DNA of 64,000 nucleotides from Octopus sinensis (Eukaryota). Positions 27,791 to 40,768 of this stretch are shown here, one piece after another. A program made the position numbers and the translations under genes. Below the pieces are notes generated by a model, which saw nothing but the letters and a program-made list of their open reading frames with translations, searched no databases and was not told the DNA's origin. Within the stretch, counting starts at the first letter, position 1. Each line of letters begins with the position of its first letter. Location of the stretch: positions 6,696,001-6,760,000 of the forward strand of contig NC_043018.1 in the NCBI RefSeq assembly GCF_006345805.1, in the 5' to 3' direction.

Positions 27791-28308
27791 CATCTTCTCG
27801 ATAATTACAGGCTTCATCTATTAACAGAGTTCAAATAGGACACAGCTAATAACAAGGCTGTCTTTAACATTCTTCTCCCCCAACCCCGCCCTACCCCCCC
27901 TCCATGCCACTCCTCCTGCCTGTCATCAACGTCACCATCATCATCATCATCATCACCATCACCATCATTGCCATTATCGCAAACAGAACCGCCAACAACA
28001 ACAACATCAACCAAGCCAATATACTCACCCCCACACCTACCTCACCCCCACAAACTTTCAGCCCACCCACACTCTGTTGCCATGATCACATGACATGGGC
28101 TGTTAACAAGAATGTTCTGGAAATCTTGAAACATCTTCAATGCCAAACCATTCCTTAGACAAAAGCAGAACAGAGATAGAAAGAAAGAGAGGGAGAAATT
28201 GAAAAGGGAGAGAGAAAGAGGAGTAGAGAGAGAGAGAGAGAGGGGAGAGGAAGAGATGTGAAAGAGAGAGCAAAGTAAAGGAAAGGTGAGAGAAGGTGGA
28301 TAGATTGT

Positions 28309-28379
<71 letters not shown>

Positions 28380-28449
28380 GGGAGGAAGAGATGTGAAAGA
28401 GAGAGCTAAGTAAAGGAAAGGTGAGAGAAGGTGAAACAGATTGTGAGAC

Positions 28450-28486
<37 letters not shown>

Positions 28487-28944
28487 AAGCGAGAGAAAGA
28501 GAGAGAGAGAGAAAGCGAGAGAAAGAGAGAGAGAGACTGAGGCATCCTTTGTTGACAGTAAATGAATTTAAATATTATGATGATGATGATGTTGATGATA
28601 GAATTCATATATAAATGTATGTATATATGTGTGTGTGTGTATATCTGTGTGTGTGTGTGTGTGTACATATATACAAATATATATAAATAGGTCTGTCCTG
28701 GTTTTCTTGTCCGTCTTTGTATCGTCCATCTGTCCATCTGTTGTTTTTATTGTTGTCCATTACGTTCTTGTTCCGTATTTTGGGATTTATAAATATATAT
28801 AGTGGCGTATGGACACTTTTTGCTCAGCTTGCAAGTATGTATATATATGTGTGTGTGTGTGTGTGTGGGTATATGTGTAGTTTTGTGTGTGCATGTACAT
28901 ATATACAAATATATATATGTATGTGTGTGTGTGTGTGTTTACTC

Positions 28945-29278
28945 ATGAGTCATCTTCGTAGTCATAAAACGAGACAGATGAGTGACAACCTGGCCACTGG
29001 TGGAGGTGTAACACACCATACTAATCATATCTGTCGGGCATATGGAAGGGAGTGTAATTCGGCAGGAGGACTTAAACAACATGCAAAGGTACATGAAGCC
29101 CAGTTACAACTACAGCCGACTATTACCGGTAAAGGTTTTAGCTGCCAATTCTGTACAAGACATTGTAGATCTTTAGCTGGGCTAAAAAGTCACATTCTAT
29201 CACAGCACCAGTAGCAGTTAAGCTTCGTGCAATGGCCATACTCGATAACGAGGGGGCAACCATAATAATAAAAAAAAA
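28945..29278 (+). mobile_element. LINE 3' end with two C2H2-type zinc fingers (RTE-like)
   Basis: HICRAYGRECNSAGGLKQHAKVH and FSCQFCTRHCRSLAGLKSHILSQH, then a short 3' UTR and an AAT/A tail. There are no flanking splice signals suggesting a host exon. Confidence 0.7.
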
Positions 29279-29496
29279 AGTGTGTTTACAAATATATTCA
29301 AACATCTATATGCATGTATATGTGTGTGTGTGGGGTTTTATGTGTATTTCTGTGCATGCATTTCAGTGAACATATAGGTCTGTATGTGTGTGCATTTGTG
29401 TGTGTGAGTGTGCATGCGCACATGTGCATGTACAGGACAGGTAAAACTTCATAGCTTTGAAGGAAGTCGTGTAACCATGTGATTTTGGATGCAGTC

Positions 29497-29715
29497 CACT
29501 AGTGTAGCTGGAGGGGGAGTTGGTAGGGGCAGTCCACCACGGGCGGCACTTTTAAAGGGGTGGCAATTTTAAAGTGGTGGCACTTTTAAAGGAGCGGAAC
29601 TTTTAAAGAGGTGTCACTTTTGGGTCTGCTGTAGGCAATGTGTGTTTCTCGTGGGATCCAGGGGCAGCAAACAGAAGGGCCACCCCGGGCGGCACACGAT
29701 CTAGCTATGCTAGTG
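29497..29715. mobile_element. MITE with 13-bp TIRs (hAT-like); second copy at 36726-36904
   Basis: TIRs CACTAG(T/C)GTAGCT and AGCTA(TG/CT)CTAGTG, with a shared core ggcaaa...gaagggccaccc. The first copy has 4 tandem cacttttaaagg units. Confidence 0.7.
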
Positions 29716-29846
29716 GTTCAGGTTCAGTCTCACTCTACAGCTGCTTGGGTGAATGATTCCTTCTTATAGCCTTACCCAGTTAATTCATTCTTAAAGGGAA
29801 TTATGAGAAAAACTGCATGGAAGCCCAACAAATTTGTGTGAGTGTA

Positions 29847-29885
<39 letters not shown>

Positions 29886-30730
29886 TGTATTTAAAATTTA
29901 AGATTTGGCTCATAAAGAATTCTTTATGAGTTAAAGTCTAAATGTTAAATTATAGATCTATATTTTAATTCACCTGATGAAAACATTCGTTTTTCCTGAT
30001 GTAATTGATTTGTTCATCACTAGTAACCATGTCTGAAACAGCTGTAGGATACCTCAACCCCCCTCCCTCTGTGTTCTATATTTTCTGTCTCTTATTTGTT
30101 TCAGACATTTGACTGTAGCCATGCTGGAGCACTGCCTTTAAACGAACAAATCAACCCCAGGACATATACTTTCTAAGCCTAGTGTAAACACACCAATATC
30201 GGTTGTCAAGCGATGGTGGGAGTCAAGCACAGACACAGAAATATACACACACGCATACATATATATACTTTATTTTAAGCAGCAGTAAATTCAACAAAAT
30301 CTGTTACTCTGAGTTTCTCGTTGCCGTTCATCAGACAGTTTTTGCTAGAATATATATATATATACGACAGGATTCTTTCAGTTTCCATCTACCAAATCCA
30401 ATTACAAGGTTTTGGTCAGTCCAAGGCTATAGTAGAAAACACTTGCCCAAAGTACCATGAAGTGGGACTGAACCCAGAACCATGTGGTTGGTAAGCAAGC
30501 TCCTTACCACACAGCCACCTCTCTGCCTACTATGTATTTACATATAAATGTGTGTGTGTGTGTGCATGTGCGTGTGCGTGTCTGTGTGTGTGTGTGTATG
30601 TGTATTTGTGTGTGTGTGTGTCTGTGTGTGTGTGTACACATGCTGTCAGCTTGAACCAAGGGCTTTGTTATTACAAAGCAACCTCGTTAACAATCCAGCC
30701 CCTGTGTTAATGATGATTAAATTTACTTAC

Positions 30731-30914
30731 TGAATTGTCCAATAATCCAGAGAGCCTTCCGACGAATAGAATCATCCGAGCAATCCAATTTGTTTAGCAA
30801 ATCATCGTGGAACCGTTTCCCTTGATTGTTGCATCCAAGGCAATACGCAGCCAGCATTTTGACGTCAGCATTCCATTCCAGCCAAAACAAGTCCAGCAGT
30901 TTACCACTGATGTC
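30731..30914 (-). CDS. HEATR4: Internal coding exon of a HEAT-repeat protein, HEATR4-like
   Basis: Minus strand: acceptor tttttctctgctatattttag|GAC, donor TCA|GTAAGT, 184 nt, phase 0 to phase 1. Open frame DISGKLLDLFWLEWNADVKMLAAYCLGCNNQGKRFHDDLLNKLDCSDDSIRRKALWIIGQF. From memory this resembles the HEATR4 segment ([23 protein letters not shown]...HD...RVEALYLIGEL). The exon is solid; the orthology is recalled, not searched. Confidence 0.75.
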
Positions 30915-30971
30915 CTAAAATATAGCAGAGAAAAACATTTATTTTGTCTATGTATGTTATTGCTGTTGTTT

Positions 30972-31260
30972 TTTAGCTCCCGGTCAGTTCTGGTCAAGAG
31001 GTCTAATGCTCAAAAGTTTATGTCATTTGTCTGTGTGTCTCTGTTGTTGTTGCTCTTTTTTAACCGAAGTTCAGTCCTGGTCAAGCAGTCCACTGGTTAA
31101 AGATCTCTTTTATGTTGTCGTTTAGCTCCCGGTCAGTTCTGGTCAAGAGGTCTAATGCTCAAAAGTTTATTTCATTTGTCTGTGTGTCTCTGTTGTTGTT
31201 GCTCTTTAACCCACGTTCAGTCCTGGTCAAGCAGTCCAGTGGTTAAAGATCACTTTTACG
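30972..31260. repeat. Tandem repeat of ~149 bp x2 plus diverged partial copies to ~31400
   Basis: tttagctcccggtcagttctggtcaagaggtctaatgc occurs at 30972 and 31121. Confidence 0.85.
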
Positions 31261-31809
31261 TATATGTTGTTGGTGTTTCTATTGTTGTTCTTTAACCCCA
31301 GGTCAATCCTGATCAAGCAGTCCAGCGGTTAAAGATCTCTTAAGTGTCCACTTTTATCATTGTTTTTGCTGTTCTTGTTCAACCCCAGGACAGCCCTGGT
31401 TAACCAGTCAAGATTCTCTTTGCCACATCTAATCATCAGAGTTAAAGACACTTGATCACAGTTCATTGCCCTGGAACTGAACCCAAAAGCATGTGCTTCA
31501 GAAGCAACCAAGCACGTGTCTGTGCATGCATGTGCAGGTGTGTGTGTGTGTGTGTGTGCACGCACATGTATGTATCTTTTATCTTGTTTCAGTCAAGTGA
31601 CTACGGCCATGCTGGAGCACCACCTTGAAGGGTTTTAGTTGAAGAAATCCCTGGTCTTGTATGTTTACGCCTAGTACCTATTCTATTGGTCTGTTTTGCT
31701 GGACTACTAAGTTATAGGAACATAACCACACCAACACCGATTGTCAAACAGTGGTGGGGAGGCAAACACAAACATGCTTACACATAAACATATACATAGA
31801 TACATAAAT

Positions 31810-31838
<29 letters not shown>

Positions 31839-31840
<2 letters not shown>

Positions 31841-33165
31841 GGGGCTGGACAAAATAATGGAAGCACCTTAAAATTTTAAACAAATTTATTTTAATATGGG
31901 GTAGGACCGCCTTTGCCAGTAATTACAGCTTGAATTCTATGAGGTATGGACACATACAAAGCTTGAATTATTTCCAAACGAATTTTTGTGCATTCTTCAG
32001 CTAAAACAGTCTCCAGTTCTTGTGGTAATGATGGTGGAGGATATCGACTCCTTACTTGATTTTCAAAAATGCACCGTAAATGTTCAATAATATTGAGATC
32101 TGGGGACTGTGGTGACCAGATACGATGTTCAACTTCACTAGGATATTCCTTGTGCCATTCAGTGACAACTTTACCTGTGTGAATTGGTGCATTATCATCC
32201 TGAAAGATTGTTTCCTCCCAGAAACAGTTCCTCAACCGTAGGGTGAATTTGATCAGATAAAATGCTTAAACAGTCTTGACTATTAATTCTGCCATGAAGA
32301 GAAACCATTGGGTCGGCAGATTTCCAAGATATAGCCACCCAGATCATCTCAGATCTTCCTCCATGTTTAACAGTTGGAAGAAGGCAGTCTGAGTCAAATG
32401 CTTCTTTTGGCTGTCTCTACACATATACTCAGCTGGTGGTCGAAAATAAGGTAAAGGATGACTCATCCAAGAAAATAAAATTCTTCCACTGCTCTAGGGA
32501 CCAATTCTATAGGTTTTTACTCTACTCTAAATGCTTGGCAATGTTTGTTTTTGAAAGTAATGGTTTTCTGATTGTAGCCCTCCTGTGAAATCCGGCTTTG
32601 TGCAGCTCTCAGTGAACAGTTTTTGTGGAAACTGGGTTCTCAAGGTAGCCATTAAACTCTGCAGTACTTCTGTGAACTGTACTTTTGTGATCCTTTCTAA
32701 CAATTCGTGTAAGAATCCAACGATTCCTATCTCAAAGTTTTGGTTTTCTTCCGGAGTTTTATGTCGACAAGCTTTTTCCCTCTTTCTCAAAGGCCGTCAT
32801 TACTTTTGAGACAGTAATTCTTGATACACCAGCTCCACGAGACTCCGTCAGTGGGTGGTGGTAGACCCTGCTGTACTCTTTCACTGCAATTTTTCAGCTG
32901 TTTTTGTTATGCTAGCATCTGTCATACAAGCACCAACAGTTTGACCTCTTTGAAAGTCCGATAGATCTGTCATTTTAATGAATTTTAATTACCTTTTTCT
33001 GATGATATCTGAAAAGAAACAGCAATTTTAGCAAAACATATTAAGCAACAGTAATAATAAATTTTAAAAAAACACAAAAATAAACAAGCTTTTGACAGTT
33101 TTGTAGATATTTCAAAATTATGATGCTATGATGCTAGGTGTTTCCATTATTTTGTCCATCCCCTG
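31839..33165 (-). mobile_element. Full-length but decayed Tc1-family transposon with DD36E spacing (Incomer-like)
   Basis: ~30 bp TIRs CAGGGGCTGGACAAAATAATGGAAGCACCT and AGGTGTTTCCATTATTTTGTCCATCCCCTG. The transposase runs ~32973-31891: MTDLSDFQRGQTVGA..., LDESSFTLF, KHGG, FQDDNAPIH...WSPQSPDLNIIE..., GGPTPY. It carries frameshifts and stops. Confidence 0.9.
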
Positions 33166-33349
33166 AATATCTATATATATATCTGATGGGCTTCTTTCAG
33201 TTTTTGTCTACCAAATCCACTCCCAAGGCTTTCATCAGCCTGAGGCTATAGGAGACACTTGCCCAAGGTGCCATGCAGTGGGACTGAACCCAGAATCGTG
33301 TGGTTGGAAAGCAAACTTTTTACCACACACCTACGTGTGTGCATGTGCA

Positions 33350-33381
<32 letters not shown>

Positions 33382-34069
33382 TGTGTGTGTCACAGTGTGA
33401 TTTTGACCTTTGAAAATACTTTGAACTGCAAATCACCTTTTAAATATTTTTTGCTTTAAGGTTATGTTCCTGTGTGTGTCTTTGCTTGAATATGTGCATG
33501 CATTTGAATCTGTAAGAGAAAGAGAGAGAGGAGGAGAAAGAGGGGGAGTAAGAGAGAGTGGGGAGAGAGAGAACGGAGAGAGAGAGAGGTGAGAGGGAGG
33601 GAGAGGGAGAAAGAGAGAGAGGACAGAGAAGCAGAAAAAAAAAATTTTTCTTAGAAATTCCATGACACATACATTCATTTTATTTCAAGAGGTCTTTCAA
33701 ATGCCTTCTTCTCAAATTACTGAGGAAATATATTCAATCAAAACTGCAAAATAATTCTTCTGTTTTGCACAGTACCTTATTTTTTTCTATCTCAAAAACA
33801 ATTTCTTCTCTGTGAGTGCAATCATTTTTACTTTCGCCAAATATATTTTTACATTTGATTAAAATCATCATTATCGTTGCTGTTGTTGATATTATTATTA
33901 TTATTACTACTACTACTGTACTCATATCCATACCAGAGCAGAAGAGCAGAGCAGATGCAGTGGAATGGGTTTTTTTTGTTTTTGCTGTTTTAACCAACAA
34001 TGCATTATTAACCGATATAATTAATCATATTATGTGCTGTCGTACTTAACAAAACACGTTTGCTTCTGA

Positions 34070-34103
34070 TATTATATATATATGTGTGTATATATATATA
34101 TTG

Positions 34104-34148
<45 letters not shown>

Positions 34149-34161
34149 GTGTTTTGTGTGT

Positions 34162-34202
<41 letters not shown>

Positions 34203-34244
34203 GTGTGTATATATATACTATATATATATATATATATTATATAT

Positions 34245-34283
<39 letters not shown>

Positions 34284-34347
34284 TATATATATAATACATT
34301 TATATATATATATATACATATATACACATACATATATATATATACAC

Positions 34348-34401
<54 letters not shown>

Positions 34402-34606
34402 CTATATATATATATATATTATACCCACCACATATATTTATAAATATACATATATACTATAAATATATGCATACATATATATACACATATATATATAAAT
34501 ATACATATATATATACATATATATACATACATATATATATATAATACACATATATATATAATATATACACACACAACACACATATATACACGACATATAC
34601 ATACAG

Positions 34607-34656
<50 letters not shown>

Positions 34657-34675
34657 CACTACATATACATACATG

Positions 34676-34745
<70 letters not shown>
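34070..34745. repeat. Compound (TA)n/(CA)n microsatellite, one of many (e.g. 13220-13600, 22140-22680, 43600-44060)
   Basis: Direct read. Confidence 0.95.
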
Positions 34746-34748
<3 letters not shown>

Positions 34749-35405
34749 TAAGATTAAATAAGGTACGAAATAATAGAATTGAGGATATGTATTTAATTCA
34801 TTTGTATCATTGTTTGTTGTTTAGATTTAAATACAAATAGTTTTTAAAAAGCACAATAGAAAACTTAAAGACTCAAAATTTTAGAAATTTATTTCTAACC
34901 TAAATCTTAACAACAGATTATGATGCAAATAAATTAACTATACATCTTCAACTCTCCATTTTCTTCCATTGTTAATTTTACCCATTATAATATATTCCAT
35001 GATACATCATGGGAATTTTCTTGTAATGGGATGGAGATTAAACCAGTGAAATTTTGGATTTATTAATCCCTAATAAGGAAATGACATCCTTGAACTGACT
35101 ATATATATAAAATAAAAAAAATTAAAAAAAAGTACCCTTTTTTTAAAGCCTAGCCAGGCTCATGGGCCTGGTTTCCTAGTTTCTATGGCGTATGTGTTCC
35201 CCAGCTTGATGGGACGCCAGTCCATCATAGCATTACTAATTTTTTCCAGCTGAGTGGACTGAACTAACGTGATATGAAGTGTTTTCTCGAGAACACAACA
35301 CGTCGCCCGGCCCAGGAATCGAAACCACAATCTTACAATCATTGTGCTGATACCCTAACCACAATGCCACCTGCCTCCACACAATATATATATATATATT
35401 ATATA

Positions 35406-35496
<91 letters not shown>

Positions 35497-35510
35497 CTAT
35501 ATATATATTA

Positions 35511-35541
<31 letters not shown>

Positions 35542-38500
35542 CATACATATAGATAGACAGATAGATACTAGAGATAAACATGGATTATTAAAAAATAAAT
35601 AACTAAAACAGCCAAGAAGGGACAGATGAATAAAAGGAAAAAAAGGAAAAACAAGTTGGAATGGCAAAGAAAAATAAGCATGAAGGAGATGGGGAGGTGG
35701 TATTTTGAGAATTTTAATGAGTATCAAAGGAATTGGTTCCTGGAATGAAAGGCATTATTGCACAGAATACTCCAAGAGAAAACAATACCAGGTAATGGTA
35801 ATCAATGTATTTTATTGAAGACAAAACTGCAGGATTTCTCAGAGGCTAATTAATGCAAATGCAAGGATATCATCATCATAATCGTTTAATGTCTGCTTTC
35901 CATGCTAGCATGGGTTGGACGATTTGACTGAGGACTGGCAAACCAGATGGCTGCACCAGGCTCCAATCTGATCTGGCAGGGTTTCTACAGCTGGATGCCC
36001 TTCCTATCGCCAACCTCTCTGAGAGTGTAGTGGGTGCTTTTACGTGCCATCGGCGCGAAGGCAAGTCAGGTGGCACTGGCAATGGCCACACTCAAATGGT
36101 GTTTTTTACGTGCCACCTGCACAGGAGCCAGTCCAGCGGCACTGGCAATGACCTTGCTCGAATGTTTTTTCATGTGCCACCAGCACAAGTGCCAGTAAGG
36201 CAACGCTAGTGGCACGTGAAGAAAGAAACATTGGAAATGTAGCAAGCTGGCAGAACCATTATTAGCATGTCACAGAAAACGAGTAGCAGTATTTTGTCTT
36301 GTTGTTTATGTTGTGAGTTCAAATCCTGTCAAGATAAAGTTTGCTATAGATATAATAAAATACCAGTCATATACTGGGGTTGATGCAAACAAAATGTCTC
36401 CTTTCCTCAGAACTGCTGACCTTGAACCCTGCAATGGATCAGTAATTATCATTCCAGGGAATGTCATGATCCCTCTCACTTATACCTCATGGAAATTGGA
36501 GTCTTATGAGTCCTATATTTGGAGTCTTATGAGTCCTGTATTTGGAGTCTTATGAGTCCAAATAAAAAAATTTGTGTTACAATCAACAATCATGATGAAA
36601 TAGTAACTTTTTTTTTCTCCTCAAAATTACTGGCCTTCAACCCTGCAATGGACTGGCCAAAAACAGGAAGGTGATCTCAAGGCCCACACCCATATATATG
36701 TGCCTCAATTCAGGGGAATGTCATACACTAGCGTAGCTGAGGGAAGGGGTAGGTGCAGTTCATCCCAGGCAGCACTTTTAAAGGGGCAGCACTTTTCATC
36801 CTGTTGTAAGCTATTGCTGTAGGCAATATGTGCAGTCTGTGGGGTTCAGGGGTTGGCAAATGGAAGGGCCACCCTGGGCGATACACACTCTAGCTACTCT
36901 AGTGATGTCTTGGTCTCTCTCACTTATGCATTGTGGAAAAAAAGGGTGGTCGTGCACATCTTTACATTTCTCCAGTCACCCCGCAAAGCCATTAAAAAAT
37001 CAATAGAAGTGACTTTTTTGTGAATTTTCAATCCAAAACCCAATCAAAATGCCCGAAACTTGATACGCCAGTTGAATGCCAGCTAGCTGTATGTGATTGG
37101 TTGGAAATTTGGACAGTACTCGTGTGTATGTGCGCATGCACGCAGCTGTATATGCATGCACTAGCACTATGAACCGGCGTTGCTGGGTCATAGTGCTAGT
37201 TCAGAATAATTCAGAACAATCCAACATACAAGACTCAGAATAAACACCACAAGGCATTGCACTCAAATCTCTAAAGACCCTTCAAAATCCACTGCCATGG
37301 ATCCTTGACTTGTATGTTATTAACTCTGCATGAAGGTACATGGCTTAGTGGTTAGGGTGTTGGACTCATGATTGTAATGTTGTGGTTTCAATTCCTGGAC
37401 CAGGTGATGTGTTGTGTTCTTGAGCAAAACACTTCACTTCATGCAGCTCCAGTCCACTCAGCTGTAGACATGAGTACCACTAGTGGAGGCACGTCACTTA
37501 GTGATTAGGATTTACAACCATAAGATTGCGGTTTCAATCCCTGAACGGGGCAGTCCATTGTGTTCTTGAGCAAAACACTTCATTTCATGCTGCTCCACTC
37601 CACTCAGCTGTAGAAATGAGTTTAGCCTAGAGAGGGATGGGCTCCACCAGGATTTCTCACCCTAGATATACTGTATAGCTACAGCATCCGCAACGACCCC
37701 CAAAGGGTTAAGGGACTTGTTTTGTCATGTCTTAACTCTATTTTATCAACCGTGAAAGAATGAAAGACAAAGATTACCTAGGTAGGTTTTGAACTCAGAT
37801 TGCAGGAATTCAGAACAAATAGTGCAGTCTTGTCTTCTAACACACTGCTGATTCCACCAATTTGCAACTGTTGCAATGAGGATGAGGAATCAAAGCAATC
37901 TGATAGTTATTCTGAATGCAATTTCCTGCAATTAAGCAAACATCAACAACGGCAGAGGAATGTAATTTCAGCATTATCAAATTTATCTTGAAATACCTGT
38001 GGAATTTCATCCAAACATTTGGAGTTTCATCACAGAATTAAATGTCAACTTGAGTGAAACAAAATATTCATAGAACCTAGCTTCAAACCGAAAAGAAAGT
38101 GTGAATACACACAAGCGAAATGAAGGTGTTGGGTATCACCTTCCACCAACTAAACTCTTGGTTGCTTCTTATCAAACAGTGTCCTATTCCTGAATTGACA
38201 TTTTTAATACAGATGTTACAGCTGTCTTTAAATGTGCAGATCCCTGTCAAATGAGCATGATCTCACATACACATACGTATATATCCGCTGAATTTTCCTC
38301 TAGAGAACATTCTTTTCTTTGTAGTTTGATCGTAGGTGATCTACTTCTAGCATACGGCTGACCACCTAGTGGTTATTTAGCCCTTTAAATATACATACAT
38401 ATATATGTATGTATATCCATCTATGAACTCTACAGCAGAAGTGTTAAGACAGAGCTTTTTGGTGGTGTAAAGCATTCATAGTGGTGTCAGGTAAAACTGT

Positions 38501-39158
38501 CCATGTAGTTCCATGTAAAAGCACTCATGCATCAAGATGTAAAAGTTCCCATGTGGCATCATGTAAAAGTGCTCATGCAATGTCACATAAAGGTGACTGC
38601 GTGGCACCGAGCACACTCTGTAAAGTGGTTGGTATTAGGAAGGGCATCCAGCTGTATATATAAAATGGTGTACGTACACTTTGGTCTCTTGTATATATAT
38701 ATATGAGGGTGCGTGGCTTAGTGGTTAGGGCATTCGGCTCACGATTGTAAGGTTGTGAGTTCGATTCCTGGTGACGCGCTGTATCCTTGAGCAAGACAAC
38801 TTTATTTCATGTTGCATTCATCTGGCAAAAATGAGTAGCATCTGTATTTCAAAGGGCCGGCCTTGTCAAGCTCTGTGTTACGCTGAATCTCCCTGAGAAC
38901 TATGTTAAGAGTACACGTGTCTGTGGAATGCTCAGCCACTTGCACGTTAATTTCATAAGCAAGCTGTTCCGTAGATCGTATCCTTAATTGTTTAAATTTA
39001 TTCCGAAAAAACTTTTCCTATCCGAAATGCAATTCGAAGAAGCCCGCCATTTACCGGATGTATGATATGTAAACTTCTCCATGTGCTTCGTTGGAATAGA
39101 GCAGATAGCTGTTCGACTTTGACGGTACTGGTCGTTTATTTATGATATGTTCAGAATC

Positions 39159-39222
39159 AGTCTTGCTGATGAGCATGGTCGCAACTCTGCGGTAAGTGCG
39201 AAATCACAGGTGATACAAGACT
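39159..39222 (+). ncRNA. Type I hammerhead ribozyme motif with canonical core
   Basis: Stem I agtcttg/caagact and core CTGATGA (39166-72). Stem II closes with G-C (gca...tgc, extended by gtcgca/tgcggt), followed by GAAA (39200-03). Stem III is tca-cagg-tga and the cleavage triplet is ATA (39213-15). Confidence 0.75.
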
Positions 39223-39796
39223 AAATTCATTTTTTAAATGTCTTGCTTTGAAAAATTGCATTGGGTATGATTAGTAAAATTTTTTGGTAGAAATAACTGA
39301 TGTCCCTCTTAGCGTGAGGCATGTATGTATAATAATGCCCTCTATAATGAATTATATGTTCAATAAGAAAGAATTATTTTCGAAATTTTTCTCTTATGAG
39401 GTTTTCACGCTATCTACCTGATAATTTCTTGTTAAGATTCCTTATTAAGAAGTTATCCTTAATTGTTTAAATATATATATATTATATATATATATATATA
39501 TATAATATTATTATATATATATATATTATATTAAATTAGAGACAAAACCACTATTAGGCAAATCATACAATGAAAAACTTAAGCCAATACATAAGATTAT
39601 TTATTTATATTATTTAAATATATAACAAAATTATTAAAAAATATAATTAATATCACACTACGATCGTTTCATGGCAGCCATGAAACGATCATGGTTTTGT
39701 CTCTAATTTAATATAATATAATATTTTACTATAAAATTGGATTCAATCCTAAATCTGATTTTTCCCTGTAAGTTGGATTTATTCCCTAATATTTAT

Positions 39797-39836
<40 letters not shown>

Positions 39837-39909
39837 ACTAACAGAGTGACTCAAGGACCAAGAGTTTCATGCTTTGGCACTTATCAAACATACAAACACA
39901 CACACACCT

Positions 39910-40310
39910 ACTTCAGTTACATTCCTGATGTTTTGAGACCTTTTCAGTAGAGACATTTATTAATTTGAAAGAAGTACAGAACTCTAATCCCCTCCAAAGT
40001 AGGATCCTATGCCTTCAATGCACTTGTTGTAGCACTTCATCACATTGCGAAGGCCTCAAATAAGTTCCCCAAAGTGAAAGTATCAGGACCCTTGTCGTAG
40101 CCTCCTTCAACTTAACGAAAATCTAAAAGTTACAGGGAACAATGACTGCATTGTAGAGAAGATGAGGGACAGGTTTGATCCCATCTCTGTCAAATACTTG
40201 GTTACCAGTATGGAATTATTGATTGGTGCATTGTCCACGTTGCAGGTGCCACCAACCCAAGTGGAAAAGCTCTGACCTTGTGCAATGAAGTCTCTTCCTG
40301 CACAGCATCA
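39910..40310 (-). mobile_element. Mariner transposase C-terminal relic
   Basis: The minus strand reads as a decayed mariner C-terminus (YLTEMGIKPVPHL..., KCYNKCIEGIGSYFEG), followed by mariner-like terminal sequence. Confidence 0.6.
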
Positions 40311-40687
40311 AAACTGCCATCAAGTGCATCTTAGATGACACAGAAGCCTGGTGCAGGGTCCCGCCTGGCCAGCTCCTGTCAAACCATCCAACCCATGCCA
40401 GCATGGAAGGCGGACCTTAAGCAATGATGATGTTGATGATAATGATGATGATATATGTTGCAAAGGTACAATATGTGTGTGTGTGTGTGATTGTGTGTAT
40501 GTATACATATATATATATTCTTTAATTCTTTTATTTGTTTCAGTCATTTGACTGTGGCCATGTTGGAGCACTGCCTTTATTATTTGTAAACCTAGTACTT
40601 ATTCTACTAGTATCTTTTGTCGAACCACTAAGTTACAGGGACGTAAACACAGACACACAAACATACAAACACACACACACACATACA

Positions 40688-40768
<81 letters not shown>

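Noticed and set aside
28717-29214. Possible host C2H2 zinc-finger gene
   Set aside because: The finger pattern plus an immediate short UTR and A-tail match a LINE C-terminus, and the ORF start lies in microsatellite.
29974-30032. Minus-strand candidate exon NMVTSDEQINYIRKNECFHQ after the HEAT exon
   Set aside because: It is phase-compatible but has no similarity to the expected next HEAT segment, so it is likely chance.
33777-33810. Minus-strand mini-exon EEIVFEIEKNK as the upstream partner of the HEATR4-like exon
   Set aside because: The phase fits and the splice sites are plausible, but there is no resemblance to the expected HEAT sequence.
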